Shown here: positions 52,002-60,349 of the stretch, one piece after another | Layout of the letters: the number at the start of each line of letters is the position of its first letter | How positions within the stretch are numbered: position 1 is the stretch's first letter | Assembly (NCBI GenBank): GCA_965204205.1 | Contig: OZ241976.1 | Coordinates: 1,838,858 to 1,902,857, forward strand | Reading direction: 5' to 3' | Source of the DNA: an uncultured Candidatus Binatia bacterium | GTDB taxonomy: Bacteria; Desulfobacterota; Binatia; UBA9968; JAJDTQ01 | Length of the DNA: 64,000 bases | Notes under the pieces: generated by a model | The model's database searches: none | The model's input: the letters and a program-made list of their open reading frames with translations, nothing else | Told to the model about the DNA's origin: nothing | Position numbers and translations under genes: made by a program

Positions 52002-53039
52002 CTACGAAAACCGCACCTGCGCCGGATTCAGCGCGCCGTGCTTCGACTTGTTGGCGGTGATCTCCAGCGCCTCGGGCATCCTCTCGATGCCTTCGAGCTT
52101 ATGGGTGATCATGGGGTCGATGTTGATCCGCTTCTGGGCCACCAGCCGCGCCGCCAGGGTCATCTCGCTGGGAGCGGCCAGCTCCGGCGGGAACATGTAG
52201 GTCACCCGCTTGGCCCGCAGATAGTTGAAGTCCAGCGTCACCGGCTCGTGAAAGTGCGGGATACTGAGCACCTTGCCGCCGGCGGCCACGCACGCCACCG
52301 CCTCCGACACCGTGGCGCCGCCCGAGAGTCCCATCTGCGGGCTGCCGCTGGCGGCCTCGATGACGAGGGGAATACCCTTGCCGTCGCTCAGGTCCATGAC
52401 CGCGTCGACCACGTTCTCCTTGGAGGCGTCAATGGTAACGTCGACGCCCAGCTCCTTGGCCAGCTCCAGGATCTCGGGCCGCATGTCGGTGCCGATGACC
52501 GTGTCGGCGCCCGCGGCCTTAGCCGCCTGCGCCGAGTTGAGCCCCATGACGCCCTGCCCCAGCACCAGCACCGTGTCCCCGAGCGTAACCCCCAGTACCT
52601 GGATGTTGTGAACGCAACTGGTCAACGGCTGCAATGCAGACACTTCCCAGTCGCTGATGCCCTCGGGAATCTTGGCCAGCGCGTCCAGCGGCACCGCCGC
52701 GTACTCGGAGAACAGGCCCGGGAAGTCCCGCCCGATAGTGCCGATGTGGGTGTGGGTGGCGCCGACCCGATCGCCTGTCGCCAGGCCGTAGCCGTTATCC
52801 TTGTCGATCTCGACGATCTCCGCGCAGAACTCGTGGCCGAACAAAGGCTCCGGACCCTTGGCGAGCTTCTTTTTCACCTTGTCGTAGCTGTTGGAGCGTT
52901 CGCCGTAGAAGAGCTGGACCTCCGTAACCGAAGGCTGCACCACCAGGGTCTTGAGGACCGCCCAGCCCGGCTGGCACTCCGGTTCCGGCAGGTCCTCGAG
53001 GCGCATGTCCTTGAATGCGTGTGTAACCCAACCCCTCAT
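52002..53039 (-). CDS. Zinc-type medium-chain alcohol dehydrogenase/reductase (MDR)
   Basis: The ORF 52002-53141 is trimmed to MRGWVTHAFKD, with GGAGGGAGGG upstream. It carries GHEFCAEIVEI and VLVLGQGVMGL (GxGxxG). Confidence 0.8.
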   Translation of the reverse strand: MRGWVTHAFKDMRLEDLPEPECQPGWAVLKTLVVQPSVTEVQLFYGERSNSYDKVKKKLAKGPEPLFGHEFCAEIVEIDKDNGYGLATGDRVGATHTHIGTIGRDFPGLFSEYAAVPLDALAKIPEGISDWEVSALQPLTSCVHNIQVLGVTLGDTVLVLGQGVMGLNSAQAAKAAGADTVIGTDMRPEILELAKELGVDVTIDASKENVVDAVMDLSDGKGIPLVIEAASGSPQMGLSGGATVSEAVACVAAGGKVLSIPHFHEPVTLDFNYLRAKRVTYMFPPELAAPSEMTLAARLVAQKRINIDPMITHKLEGIERMPEALEITANKSKHGALNPAQVRFS

Positions 53040-53155
53040 GGCGCTTCCCTCCCTCCAGAGACGTAGCCCGGCATGGTGCTTCCGCTGACTAATAGTGAAA
53101 GGCCGGGGATTTTGCAAGGCGAGCCGGGCCGATGGGAGCATGGGAACGGCCCTGC

Positions 53156-53184
53156 TTGCATGTTCGCGGGTCGCGTTCTATGAT
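53156..53184 (+). promoter_or_regulatory. Candidate promoter for the CAT-anticodon tRNA (TTGCAT-17-TATGAT)
   Basis: The -35 TTGCAT lies at 53156-53161, the spacer is 17 nt, and the -10 TATGAT lies at 53179-53184. It is about 50 nt upstream of the tRNA 5' end. Confidence 0.5.
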
Positions 53185-53233
53185 TGGGAAACCCGGGTGT
53201 CAGCCCCTCCCGCGAGCGCTCTTCACACACAAT

Positions 53234-53310
53234 GGCGGTGTAGCTCAGTTGGTCAGAGCACGCGGCTCATATCCGCGGCGTCGCTGGTTCAAGTCCAGCC
53301 ACCGCCACCA
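53234..53310 (+). tRNA. tRNA with CAT anticodon (elongator Met, or Ile2 if lysidine-modified), CCA encoded
   Basis: The cloverleaf has a GGCGGTG/CACCGCC acceptor stem, a GCTC/GAGC D stem, a CGCGG/CCGCG anticodon stem with loop CTCATAT, and a GCTGG/CCAGC T stem with loop TTCAAGT. Position 1:72 is paired and there is no GGG/CCC anticodon stem, so it is not an initiator tRNA. Confidence 0.9.
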
Positions 53311-53385
53311 TTCCTCCACCTGTTGCGCTCCGCGCGAGATTCACGCGAGAAGACGTCACACCAGCGGGTCGACAAGGACCGCCCA

Positions 53386-55131
53386 TCATCCCGGGGCGTC
53401 TACTTGGACGGTCACGATGTCGGCGTCGTGATACTGCTGGTGGTGAACCCTCGAGGCCAGGTGACGCAGCAACCGTAGGGAAATCTCGCGTTCTTCCGGC
53501 GCCTCTACGGGACCGGTTCCAAGCAGCGCGATGCGGTCCTGGATATTCTCGTCACCGGCGCCCGCGACGAACTCCAGCACGGCTCCCCCGCCCTGCTTGC
53601 GGGCGGTCAGTCGCAGGCGGCGCAACTCCCCTCCCGCGTCCTCCTCGTCCTGGCGCATGAGTGTCAGCAGGGTTTCTTCGCCGACGGCGTCGAGTCGATC
53701 GGCCATGGCCTTTTCCCAGCCGCCGCGCGAAGCGAAGTCGGCGAGGAACTCCCGGATTTTCGGCAGCGCCTCCAGTCCGAACTCCACCTCGACGCGGCTC
53801 GGGCGCGGCGCGGTCAGCTCCACGAACAGTGTCATCAGGATGGCCACCAGCCCGCCCGCGGTCATTCCGTTCTGCAACAGGCCGCCGGCGAGCTCGCCGA
53901 AGTACTCGGGAAAGATGACCCCGTTCTGGAAGCCGACGCCGGCCCAGAACGACACGCCCACGATCAACCCCTTGCGGTAGTCCAGCTCATCCTGGACCAC
54001 CACCTTCATGCCGACCACGAACAGCATGGACAGCAGCACCGTGGCGTAGGCGGCGACCACCGGGTTCGGTATCGCCAGAATGACCGCCAGGGCCTTGGGC
54101 AGGAAGGCCAGCACGATGAATAGGATGCCGATGGCGACGCCCACCGTGCGCGACGCGACCCCGGTCAGCTCCGTCACCGATATGCTCGTGGAGTAGGTCG
54201 TGTTGGGGACCGTGGCGGCGAGTCCGGACAACAGGTTGCCGACGCCGTCCGCCGCCACCGCTCCCTGCACCGCGCGGAAATCCACGGCGCGGTCTCCGCG
54301 CCAGGAAACGCGCTGGATGGCTACGCCGTCGCCGATGGTCTCGATGGCTCCCACCAGCGTCACGAACACGAAGGCCGGGAGGAGCGCCCAGAAAACCGCG
54401 CCGAAACCCAGGTCCAGCCCCGGCCATTCTCCGTCCGGAAGTCCCACCCAGGCAGCTCCGGCTACCAGAGCCCCGTTGTAGAGCCCGAACGCCGCCGCCA
54501 CAAGCGAGCCTACACCCACCCCGATGACCGGCGCCCAGAGTCGCAACGAGCCCGTGGCCTTGAGGGCGATGCAGGCGATCACCAACACGGTGACCAGGGC
54601 GCTCAGGGGAGCCGCCAAAGCGGGGGATCCCTCCGGCACGTCGTTCAGCAAGCCGAAGACGATCGGCATTACCGTCACCGGAATCAGCATGATCACGGTG
54701 CCCGCCACCGCGGGGGTCAGGATCCGCCGCAGGAACGACAGGCGGGACGAGAGAAGAAACTGGAAGAACGACGATACCAGCACCAGGGTGGCGAGCATCC
54801 CGGGCCCGCCCTGGACGAGCGCGGTGACGCAGACGGCGATGAACGCTCCGGACGTGCCCATGAGCAGCACATGACCGGCGCCGAAACGGCCCACCCGCAC
54901 CGCCTGCAAGACGGTGGTGACCCCGCTGATCGCCACCGCGGCGAAGACGGCCCACGACAGGAATGCTTCGCTGCCGCCGGCGGCCCGGATCACGATGGCC
55001 GGCGTGAGGACGATCCCGGCGATGCAGAGAATCGCGAGTTGGAGGCCCAGTCCGAAGGCAAGCGCCGGCGGCGGCTTCTCGTCGGGTTGGTAGCGGATGC
55101 CAGCGCGGTGGTCGGAATCGCGGGTCTGCAT
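53386..55131 (-). CDS. NCS2 (xanthine/uracil permease)-like transporter with an extra C-terminal soluble domain
   Basis: 581 aa. The N-terminal stretch ALAFGLGLQLAILCIAGIVLTPAIV resembles the NCS2 LGLQH-type motif, and about 445 aa are polytopic. The last 135 aa or so (from PRPSRVEVEFGLEAL) are hydrophilic. Confidence 0.65.
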   Translation of the reverse strand: MQTRDSDHRAGIRYQPDEKPPPALAFGLGLQLAILCIAGIVLTPAIVIRAAGGSEAFLSWAVFAAVAISGVTTVLQAVRVGRFGAGHVLLMGTSGAFIAVCVTALVQGGPGMLATLVLVSSFFQFLLSSRLSFLRRILTPAVAGTVIMLIPVTVMPIVFGLLNDVPEGSPALAAPLSALVTVLVIACIALKATGSLRLWAPVIGVGVGSLVAAAFGLYNGALVAGAAWVGLPDGEWPGLDLGFGAVFWALLPAFVFVTLVGAIETIGDGVAIQRVSWRGDRAVDFRAVQGAVAADGVGNLLSGLAATVPNTTYSTSISVTELTGVASRTVGVAIGILFIVLAFLPKALAVILAIPNPVVAAYATVLLSMLFVVGMKVVVQDELDYRKGLIVGVSFWAGVGFQNGVIFPEYFGELAGGLLQNGMTAGGLVAILMTLFVELTAPRPSRVEVEFGLEALPKIREFLADFASRGGWEKAMADRLDAVGEETLLTLMRQDEEDAGGELRRLRLTARKQGGGAVLEFVAGAGDENIQDRIALLGTGPVEAPEEREISLRLLRHLASRVHHQQYHDADIVTVQVDAPG

Positions 55132-55352
55132 GATGTGACCTCCCGGTAGCCGGACTCCGGCGTGGGGTGGCGGGTCAGTCGACGCCGGAGCCAGCCGGGA
55201 TGATACCAGACCTCTTGGAAGGGGCCAAGTCGCGAAGTTCTTGGGCCAGGTCGCGAAAATCCCGTTGTCCGTTACCGATTGTCTTCGGGAATAGATTCGG
55301 GTTATGAACTAATGGGTTCAAAAATGGCTCCGTAATTCACAAGGAGGGAGAA

Positions 55353-56471
55353 ATGAATCCAAGGAAGGGGCTTCTACGGGTGACCATCGGGTTGTGTGTC
55401 TTGACGTTGTCCGCTTGTGGCGGGGGCGGCGGGACCGGCGTTCCGGAACGGCAGAGACCGCCCGACACCGGGGGCGGCTACACGAGCCCGGTGGTTTCGA
55501 GCCTCAACCAGCTTTCCGAACGGGCCAGACGCAACGTGGCGAGCAGAGTGGCCCTGGCCGCGAACAGGTTTGTCGTTACCAGCACGGCCTCCACCACCGC
55601 AGCCGAACCCACGGGCGGTGGCATCTGGAACACCGGCGTCACGCAAGCCACGGCCAACTCGGACCCGAACTCCCCCACTGACAACCGAGCCATCAACGCG
55701 GGGTACTTCCGCGGCAATCTGGTGTTCGAGAGGGTCAACATGGAATTGGACCTCACACACCACACGAGAATCGTGCCCGAACCGCCGGGCTACCTCACCG
55801 TGATACCGCCCGCGGCCGACGACCCCGAATGGCGGGGAGTTGAGCATTCCTCCCCCACCCCCGGGGGAGGAACGTACTACTCCGTGTACTACTCGGACAT
55901 CGAAGACAACAGCGACGAGGACTATCTTGCGCTCGGATACTGGGCCTGGGTCCCTGGTCCGGACGGTGGCCGGAGACCATTCGTCGGCGCCACGGCGAGC
56001 GGCAACGATCCGTTTCTGGTCAACCACGTCGCGGCCGTCTCGGGCCGGGCGAGGTACGACGGAACCGCCCACGGCCTGCATGCGGCCGGCAACGAGTCAC
56101 CGGCGTTCCGGAGCTTCGACGCCGACGTCCGGTTGACCGCCGACTTCGACACGAACTCGATCGGAGGGCTGATCGACGACGGCAGGGACACGGCGACCGG
56201 CGAGAAACTGTTCGACGGACTTACGATGGAAACCATTGCCTTGCACACCGGACCCAATGCCGCTTTCTTCGGGGGCGAGGTCCGGGGGCTCATGAACGGC
56301 AAACACGCAGAGGGATTCTGGGGCGGTCAGTTCTACGGCAACGGCCTCGCCAGCACCGACATACCGGTGTCCTTCGCGGAGGCTCCGGGGTCCGTCGCCG
56401 GGACCTTCGGCGCTCGAACGCTCGACGGCGGCGAAAGCCTGGTCGGGGTTTTCCGGGCCTACCGCGAATAG
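55353..56471 (+). CDS. Lipoprotein with TbpB/fHbp-like C-terminal beta-barrel
   Basis: The lipobox is LTLSAC followed by a Gly-rich linker. YLALGYWAWVP comes first. Then GRARYDGTAHGLHAAG...FDADVRLTADFDTNSIGGLI...FGGEV...EGFWGGQFYGNG...VAGTFGA...LVGVFRAYR follows the strand pattern of the transferrin-binding-protein-B/factor-H-binding-protein 8-stranded barrel. AAGGAGGGAG lies upstream. Confidence 0.65.
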   Translation: MNPRKGLLRVTIGLCVLTLSACGGGGGTGVPERQRPPDTGGGYTSPVVSSLNQLSERARRNVASRVALAANRFVVTSTASTTAAEPTGGGIWNTGVTQATANSDPNSPTDNRAINAGYFRGNLVFERVNMELDLTHHTRIVPEPPGYLTVIPPAADDPEWRGVEHSSPTPGGGTYYSVYYSDIEDNSDEDYLALGYWAWVPGPDGGRRPFVGATASGNDPFLVNHVAAVSGRARYDGTAHGLHAAGNESPAFRSFDADVRLTADFDTNSIGGLIDDGRDTATGEKLFDGLTMETIALHTGPNAAFFGGEVRGLMNGKHAEGFWGGQFYGNGLASTDIPVSFAEAPGSVAGTFGARTLDGGESLVGVFRAYRE

Positions 56472-56499
56472 CCGGCGCACCCAAGACCCCCCGTATTGC

Positions 56500-56545
56500 G
56501 GCACGAACCGGTTCGGTTCCTCGATGTCCCGCATCGGTTCGTGCC
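56500..56545. other. Long-stem hairpin downstream of the lipoprotein gene
   Basis: GGCACGAACCG (56500-56510) and CGGTTCGTGCC (56535-56545) form a perfect 11-bp stem around a 24-nt loop that begins with the palindrome GAACCGGTTC. There is no T-tract, so it is not a canonical intrinsic terminator. Confidence 0.35.
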
Positions 56546-56731
56546 CTCCGTCGCTACCCTCAACGCTCCCACCCGGCCCGACCGTTCCCACCGCACCGCG
56601 GCAACGGGCAAGAATGGACCTGCCGGCCCGTTTCGTAGTAGAGTCCTGCCTGGTGCCGTCGGGATACCGAGACCGCGCCGCATCCAGGACGGAACAGTCA
56701 GACAAACAGCAACCACCGCAGGAGGTATTCC

Positions 56732-57910
56732 TTGATTGACAAGGAGCGTCTCAAGGAACGCGTATTGGAGTTGGTGCGGATCGACAGTCTCTCGCGCAAG
56801 GAACGGGCCATCGCGTTGCGTCTCAGGGAAACGCTCGAAGCGTTGGGCGGCACGGTTTACATGGATGGCGCGGGCGACGCCGTGGGCGGCGAGGTCGGCA
56901 ATCTCGTCGCGCACTTCGACGGCGAAGTGACGGAAGCCGAACCCCTGCTGCTCTCCGCCCACATGGACACGGTAGCTCCGGGCGAGGGGGTAGTGCCGGT
57001 GGTGGAGGGCGACGTGATCCGGAGCGACGGAAGGACGGTGCTCGGGGGCGACGACAAGAGCGGCCTCGCCATCATCCTGGAAGTGATCGAGTCCCTGCGC
57101 GAGGAAGGGGTGCCCCACGGGCACATCGACGTGGTGTTCACCATTTGCGAGGAGGTTGGCCTGCTGGGAGCCAAGCATCTGGACTTGAGCCTCCTGCGCG
57201 CGAAGACCGGCCTGGTGCTCGACAGCGACTCCATCGGATTCCTGATCACCAAGGCCCCGGCGGCCAACCTGCTGGAGTTCGAGATCCACGGCCTCGAGGC
57301 CCATGCCGGAATCTGCCCGGAACGGGGCATCAGCGCGATCCAGGTGGCCGCCCGGGGCATCGCCGCGATGCGGCTCGGGCGCATCGACGAGGACACCACC
57401 GCGAACATCGGCCTGGTGAGCGGAGGCACGGCAGTCAACATCGTGCCCAACCGTGTGAAGCTCACGGGTGAGGTGCGCAGCCACGACGTGGAGAAGCTCG
57501 AACGCCAGGCGCGGGAGATGCTCGCGTGCCTGCAGAAAGCCGCCGCCGATGCAACGCTCGAACTGGACGGCCGCACCCGTGAAACGCGCGTGGAATCACG
57601 GATCAAGCGCCAATACGATCCTATGGACGTATCCGAAGGGACGGCCATCGTCCAACGTGTCCACGAGGCGGCCCGCAACCTCGGATTCGCCGTCGATACC
57701 ATCGCAAAGGGGGGCGGCTGCGACGCCAACGTATTGAACCAGAGAGGCCTCCAGGTCGCGAACCTGGCCAGCGGCATGCGGGACATCCACACGGTCCACG
57801 AGTGGCTCGATGTCAACGACCTCGTGAGCGCGGCCCGGATCATCCACGAGGTCGTTCGGCTGGAGGGATACGGTCAAAGATGCTCGGACGTGAGCTCGAA
57901 TCGCTCCTGA
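56732..57910 (+). CDS. M20-family peptidase, PepT-like
   Basis: TTG start with GGAGG 7 nt upstream. It carries SAHMDTV, LGGDDKSG and CEEVGLLGAKH, in a PepT-type arrangement. Confidence 0.8.
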   Translation: MIDKERLKERVLELVRIDSLSRKERAIALRLRETLEALGGTVYMDGAGDAVGGEVGNLVAHFDGEVTEAEPLLLSAHMDTVAPGEGVVPVVEGDVIRSDGRTVLGGDDKSGLAIILEVIESLREEGVPHGHIDVVFTICEEVGLLGAKHLDLSLLRAKTGLVLDSDSIGFLITKAPAANLLEFEIHGLEAHAGICPERGISAIQVAARGIAAMRLGRIDEDTTANIGLVSGGTAVNIVPNRVKLTGEVRSHDVEKLERQAREMLACLQKAAADATLELDGRTRETRVESRIKRQYDPMDVSEGTAIVQRVHEAARNLGFAVDTIAKGGGCDANVLNQRGLQVANLASGMRDIHTVHEWLDVNDLVSAARIIHEVVRLEGYGQRCSDVSSNRS

Positions 57911-59325
57911 AGGAAGAACGAGGTCAGTTCTTCGAATTCGTCAGCGCTTACGAGCAGAAGAAGCGCGGGACTCAAACGAAGCGCCCCCGGGACCTCGCCC
58001 GCGAGATCGCGCGCATCCTCGGCGGTATGGTCAATGCGGACGGAGGCGTCCTGCTGGTGGGAGTCGAGCCCGACAAGAGCCTCACCGGACTCCCCTACTC
58101 CGAGCAGGAAATCCGCGAATTGGGCGAGGTTCCTCAGACCCTTCTCACCCCCCCCTTGCCGGCCCTTCACGAACGAATCGACCTTGGCAACCTGCTGCTG
58201 CTGCGGTTCGAGGTGAGCCCGGGCCTGGAAATCCGGCGCGTGGTCAGCGGCAGGACGTTCTATCGCATCGCCTCGGAAAATCCCGCGGTGCCGCCGGAGC
58301 AGATCCGCCTGCTCAAGGACGCGAAGCTCTCATACTCCTACGAACGGCAACACGTCCACGACGCCACCTGGGAGGACCTGGACGGGAATGCTCTCGAGTC
58401 CTTTGCGGAGCGCATGGACGCGTCCGCCGATCCCCGATCGCTGCTCACCCGCACCTATCACCTGGCGCGTGGCGGCTCGGACAGGCCCGAGATCTCCATG
58501 GCCGCCCTGTTGCTGTTCGCCGCCGACCCCACACGATGGCATCCGCGCTGCGGCATCGATTTCGTCAAGTACGAGGGGATGGAGAGAGGCCACGGAGCCT
58601 CCCTGAACGTGGTCAAGCGGGTGCGCATCGACCGGCCCTTGTGGACTCTCATCGACGAGGCGGTGGGGCGTATCAAGGAGCACATTCGCGAGCGCATGGT
58701 GCTGCACGACCTGTTCTTCCGGGAGCGTCTGGAATACCCTTCGTTCGCCTGGCAGGAGGCTCTGGTCAACGCCGTCGCCCATCGCGACTACGCCATCACC
58801 GGCGCGGAGATCGAGATCTGGATGTTCGACGACCACCTGGAAGTGCGGAGTCCGGGCTCTTTGCCGCCACCCGTGGCCCTGGATCACCTGAACCGCCGCC
58901 AACGGGTGCACTTCTCGCGTAACCCGCTGCTGGTGCGGGTGCTTTCGGACCTGGGCTACATGCGCGAGATCGGCGAGGGGGTGCCGCGCATGTTCGAGGA
59001 GATGGAGCACAACGCGCTGCGGCCCCCGGAGTTCTCCACCGAGGGCTTCTTCTTCACCGTGACGCTGCGCAACACTCCTATCTACGACGACCAGACCCTG
59101 CGCTGGCTCGACCGTTTCGACCGTTCGCGCCTGAGCCTTCGGCAGCAGCGGTTGCTGGTGTACGCGCTGTCCCACGACAAGCTGCTGTCCACCGCCGACT
59201 ACCAGCGCATCGCGGAGGTGGACCGCGACACCGCCTATCGTGAAATCCGGCACCTCGTGAAAATGGGCGTCCTCGCCCCCACCAAGCCCAAGAGCCGGAC
59301 CTACCGGATCGTGGAGCCGATATGA
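57880..59325 (+). CDS. AlbA_2 (Schlafen-like DNA-binding) - HATPase_c_4 (GHKL-like) - wHTH protein
   Basis: The ORF 57802-59325 is trimmed to MLGRELESLL. ILGGMVNADGGVLLVGVEPDKSLTGL is the AlbA_2 core. AWQEALVNAVAHRDYAITGAEIEIWMFDDHLEVRSPGSLP is the HATPase_c_4 core. The C-terminal stretch LSTADYQRIAEVDRDTAYREIRHLVKMGVL is a wHTH. It overlaps the upstream gene by 31 nt and the downstream gene by 4 nt. Confidence 0.75.
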   Translation: MLGRELESLLKEERGQFFEFVSAYEQKKRGTQTKRPRDLAREIARILGGMVNADGGVLLVGVEPDKSLTGLPYSEQEIRELGEVPQTLLTPPLPALHERIDLGNLLLLRFEVSPGLEIRRVVSGRTFYRIASENPAVPPEQIRLLKDAKLSYSYERQHVHDATWEDLDGNALESFAERMDASADPRSLLTRTYHLARGGSDRPEISMAALLLFAADPTRWHPRCGIDFVKYEGMERGHGASLNVVKRVRIDRPLWTLIDEAVGRIKEHIRERMVLHDLFFRERLEYPSFAWQEALVNAVAHRDYAITGAEIEIWMFDDHLEVRSPGSLPPPVALDHLNRRQRVHFSRNPLLVRVLSDLGYMREIGEGVPRMFEEMEHNALRPPEFSTEGFFFTVTLRNTPIYDDQTLRWLDRFDRSRLSLRQQRLLVYALSHDKLLSTADYQRIAEVDRDTAYREIRHLVKMGVLAPTKPKSRTYRIVEPI

Positions 59326-60320
59326 GCGACGGTTTCGCCCGGCTGGCGGGCATCGCGGGCGGTTACGTGGAGGCCCGGATCCTGCAGGCCGCCGTGACCC
59401 TCGGGGTGTTCGAGGCGCTCGCCGGCGATGACGCGGACGCGGCTTCGGTGGCGGCGGCCATCGGCGCCGAGGCGCGCGCCACGGGACTGCTGCTCGATGC
59501 CCTGGCGGTCATGGGACTCCTGGAGAAGGACGCCGCCCGTTTCCGGCTCCATGACCTGTCGCGCACCTACCTGCTGCGCGCCTCGTCCAGGGACTTCGGC
59601 GGCATGATCCGCTTCGACGCCCTTTCGTGGAACGCCTGGGGGAGACTCGAAGACGCCGTCCGTACCGGACTGCCCGTTCGCCCGGCGGACATGTACCAGA
59701 CCGACGCGGACGAGACCGGGGTCTTCATCGACGCCATGGATTCCCTGGTCAAGGCCCGTGGCGACGCCGAGGTGGTGGCCGAGGCCTTGGATCTGGACGG
59801 GGCGTGCCGGCTGTTGGACGTGGGACCCGGACCCGCCACCTATCCCATCGCCCTCTGCCAACGCAACCCCGACCTGCGCGCAACCCTCTACGACCTGCCG
59901 GGGACCCTGCGAATCACCGAGCGATACGTCCGCGCATCGGAAGTGGCCGGACGTATCGAATGCGTTGCCGGAGACTACCGGACCGACGACATTCCCGGCG
60001 CCTACGACGTCGTCTTCCTGTCCAACATCATCCACGGAGAAGATGAGACAACCAATGAACTCTTAGTTGGAAAACTATCGAAATCATTGGTTTCAGGCGG
60101 GCGCCTCATCATCAAGGACCACCTCATCGGAGGTAGCCGCGCGGAGACCGAGGCAGGCACGGTTTTCAGTCTGCTGATGCTGCTGACGACAGCGGGCGGC
60201 CGCTGCTACACGCTGGACGAAGTCCGGAGATGGTTCGAACGCGCCGGCTTGACGGACGGGGGTTGGGTGGAACTGCCGCCACCCCTGACCTCGTCGCTCG
60301 TCATCGGACGCAGACCCTGA
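59322..60320 (+). CDS. Class I SAM-dependent O-methyltransferase (family 2, with N-terminal dimerisation/wHTH domain)
   Basis: 332 aa. The SAM motif is RLLDVGPGPATY, with downstream DVVFLSNIIHGEDE...GGRLIIKD. An ATGA overlap couples it to the previous gene. Confidence 0.8.
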   Translation: MSDGFARLAGIAGGYVEARILQAAVTLGVFEALAGDDADAASVAAAIGAEARATGLLLDALAVMGLLEKDAARFRLHDLSRTYLLRASSRDFGGMIRFDALSWNAWGRLEDAVRTGLPVRPADMYQTDADETGVFIDAMDSLVKARGDAEVVAEALDLDGACRLLDVGPGPATYPIALCQRNPDLRATLYDLPGTLRITERYVRASEVAGRIECVAGDYRTDDIPGAYDVVFLSNIIHGEDETTNELLVGKLSKSLVSGGRLIIKDHLIGGSRAETEAGTVFSLLMLLTTAGGRCYTLDEVRRWFERAGLTDGGWVELPPPLTSSLVIGRRP

Positions 60321-60349
60321 AACGGGTCGGGCAACGGCGAGCGCGTGAC

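Noticed and set aside
45913-53310. The tRNA-Gly and tRNA-Met loci could have been integration sites of a genomic island, containing the TTT transporter, A11 and the ADH.
   Set aside because: There is no integrase, excisionase or transposase gene. I found no direct repeat of a tRNA 3' end. The interval contains housekeeping pgsA, and its composition looks like the rest of the window.
56472-56731. The 260-nt spacer before the M20 peptidase gene could have been a riboswitch or small RNA.
   Set aside because: Apart from one long hairpin (56500-56545), I could not recognise any conserved riboswitch core, and the region is GC-rich with no promoter-like patch. The hairpin is kept only as a structural feature. 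An Rfam scan would be needed to revisit this.
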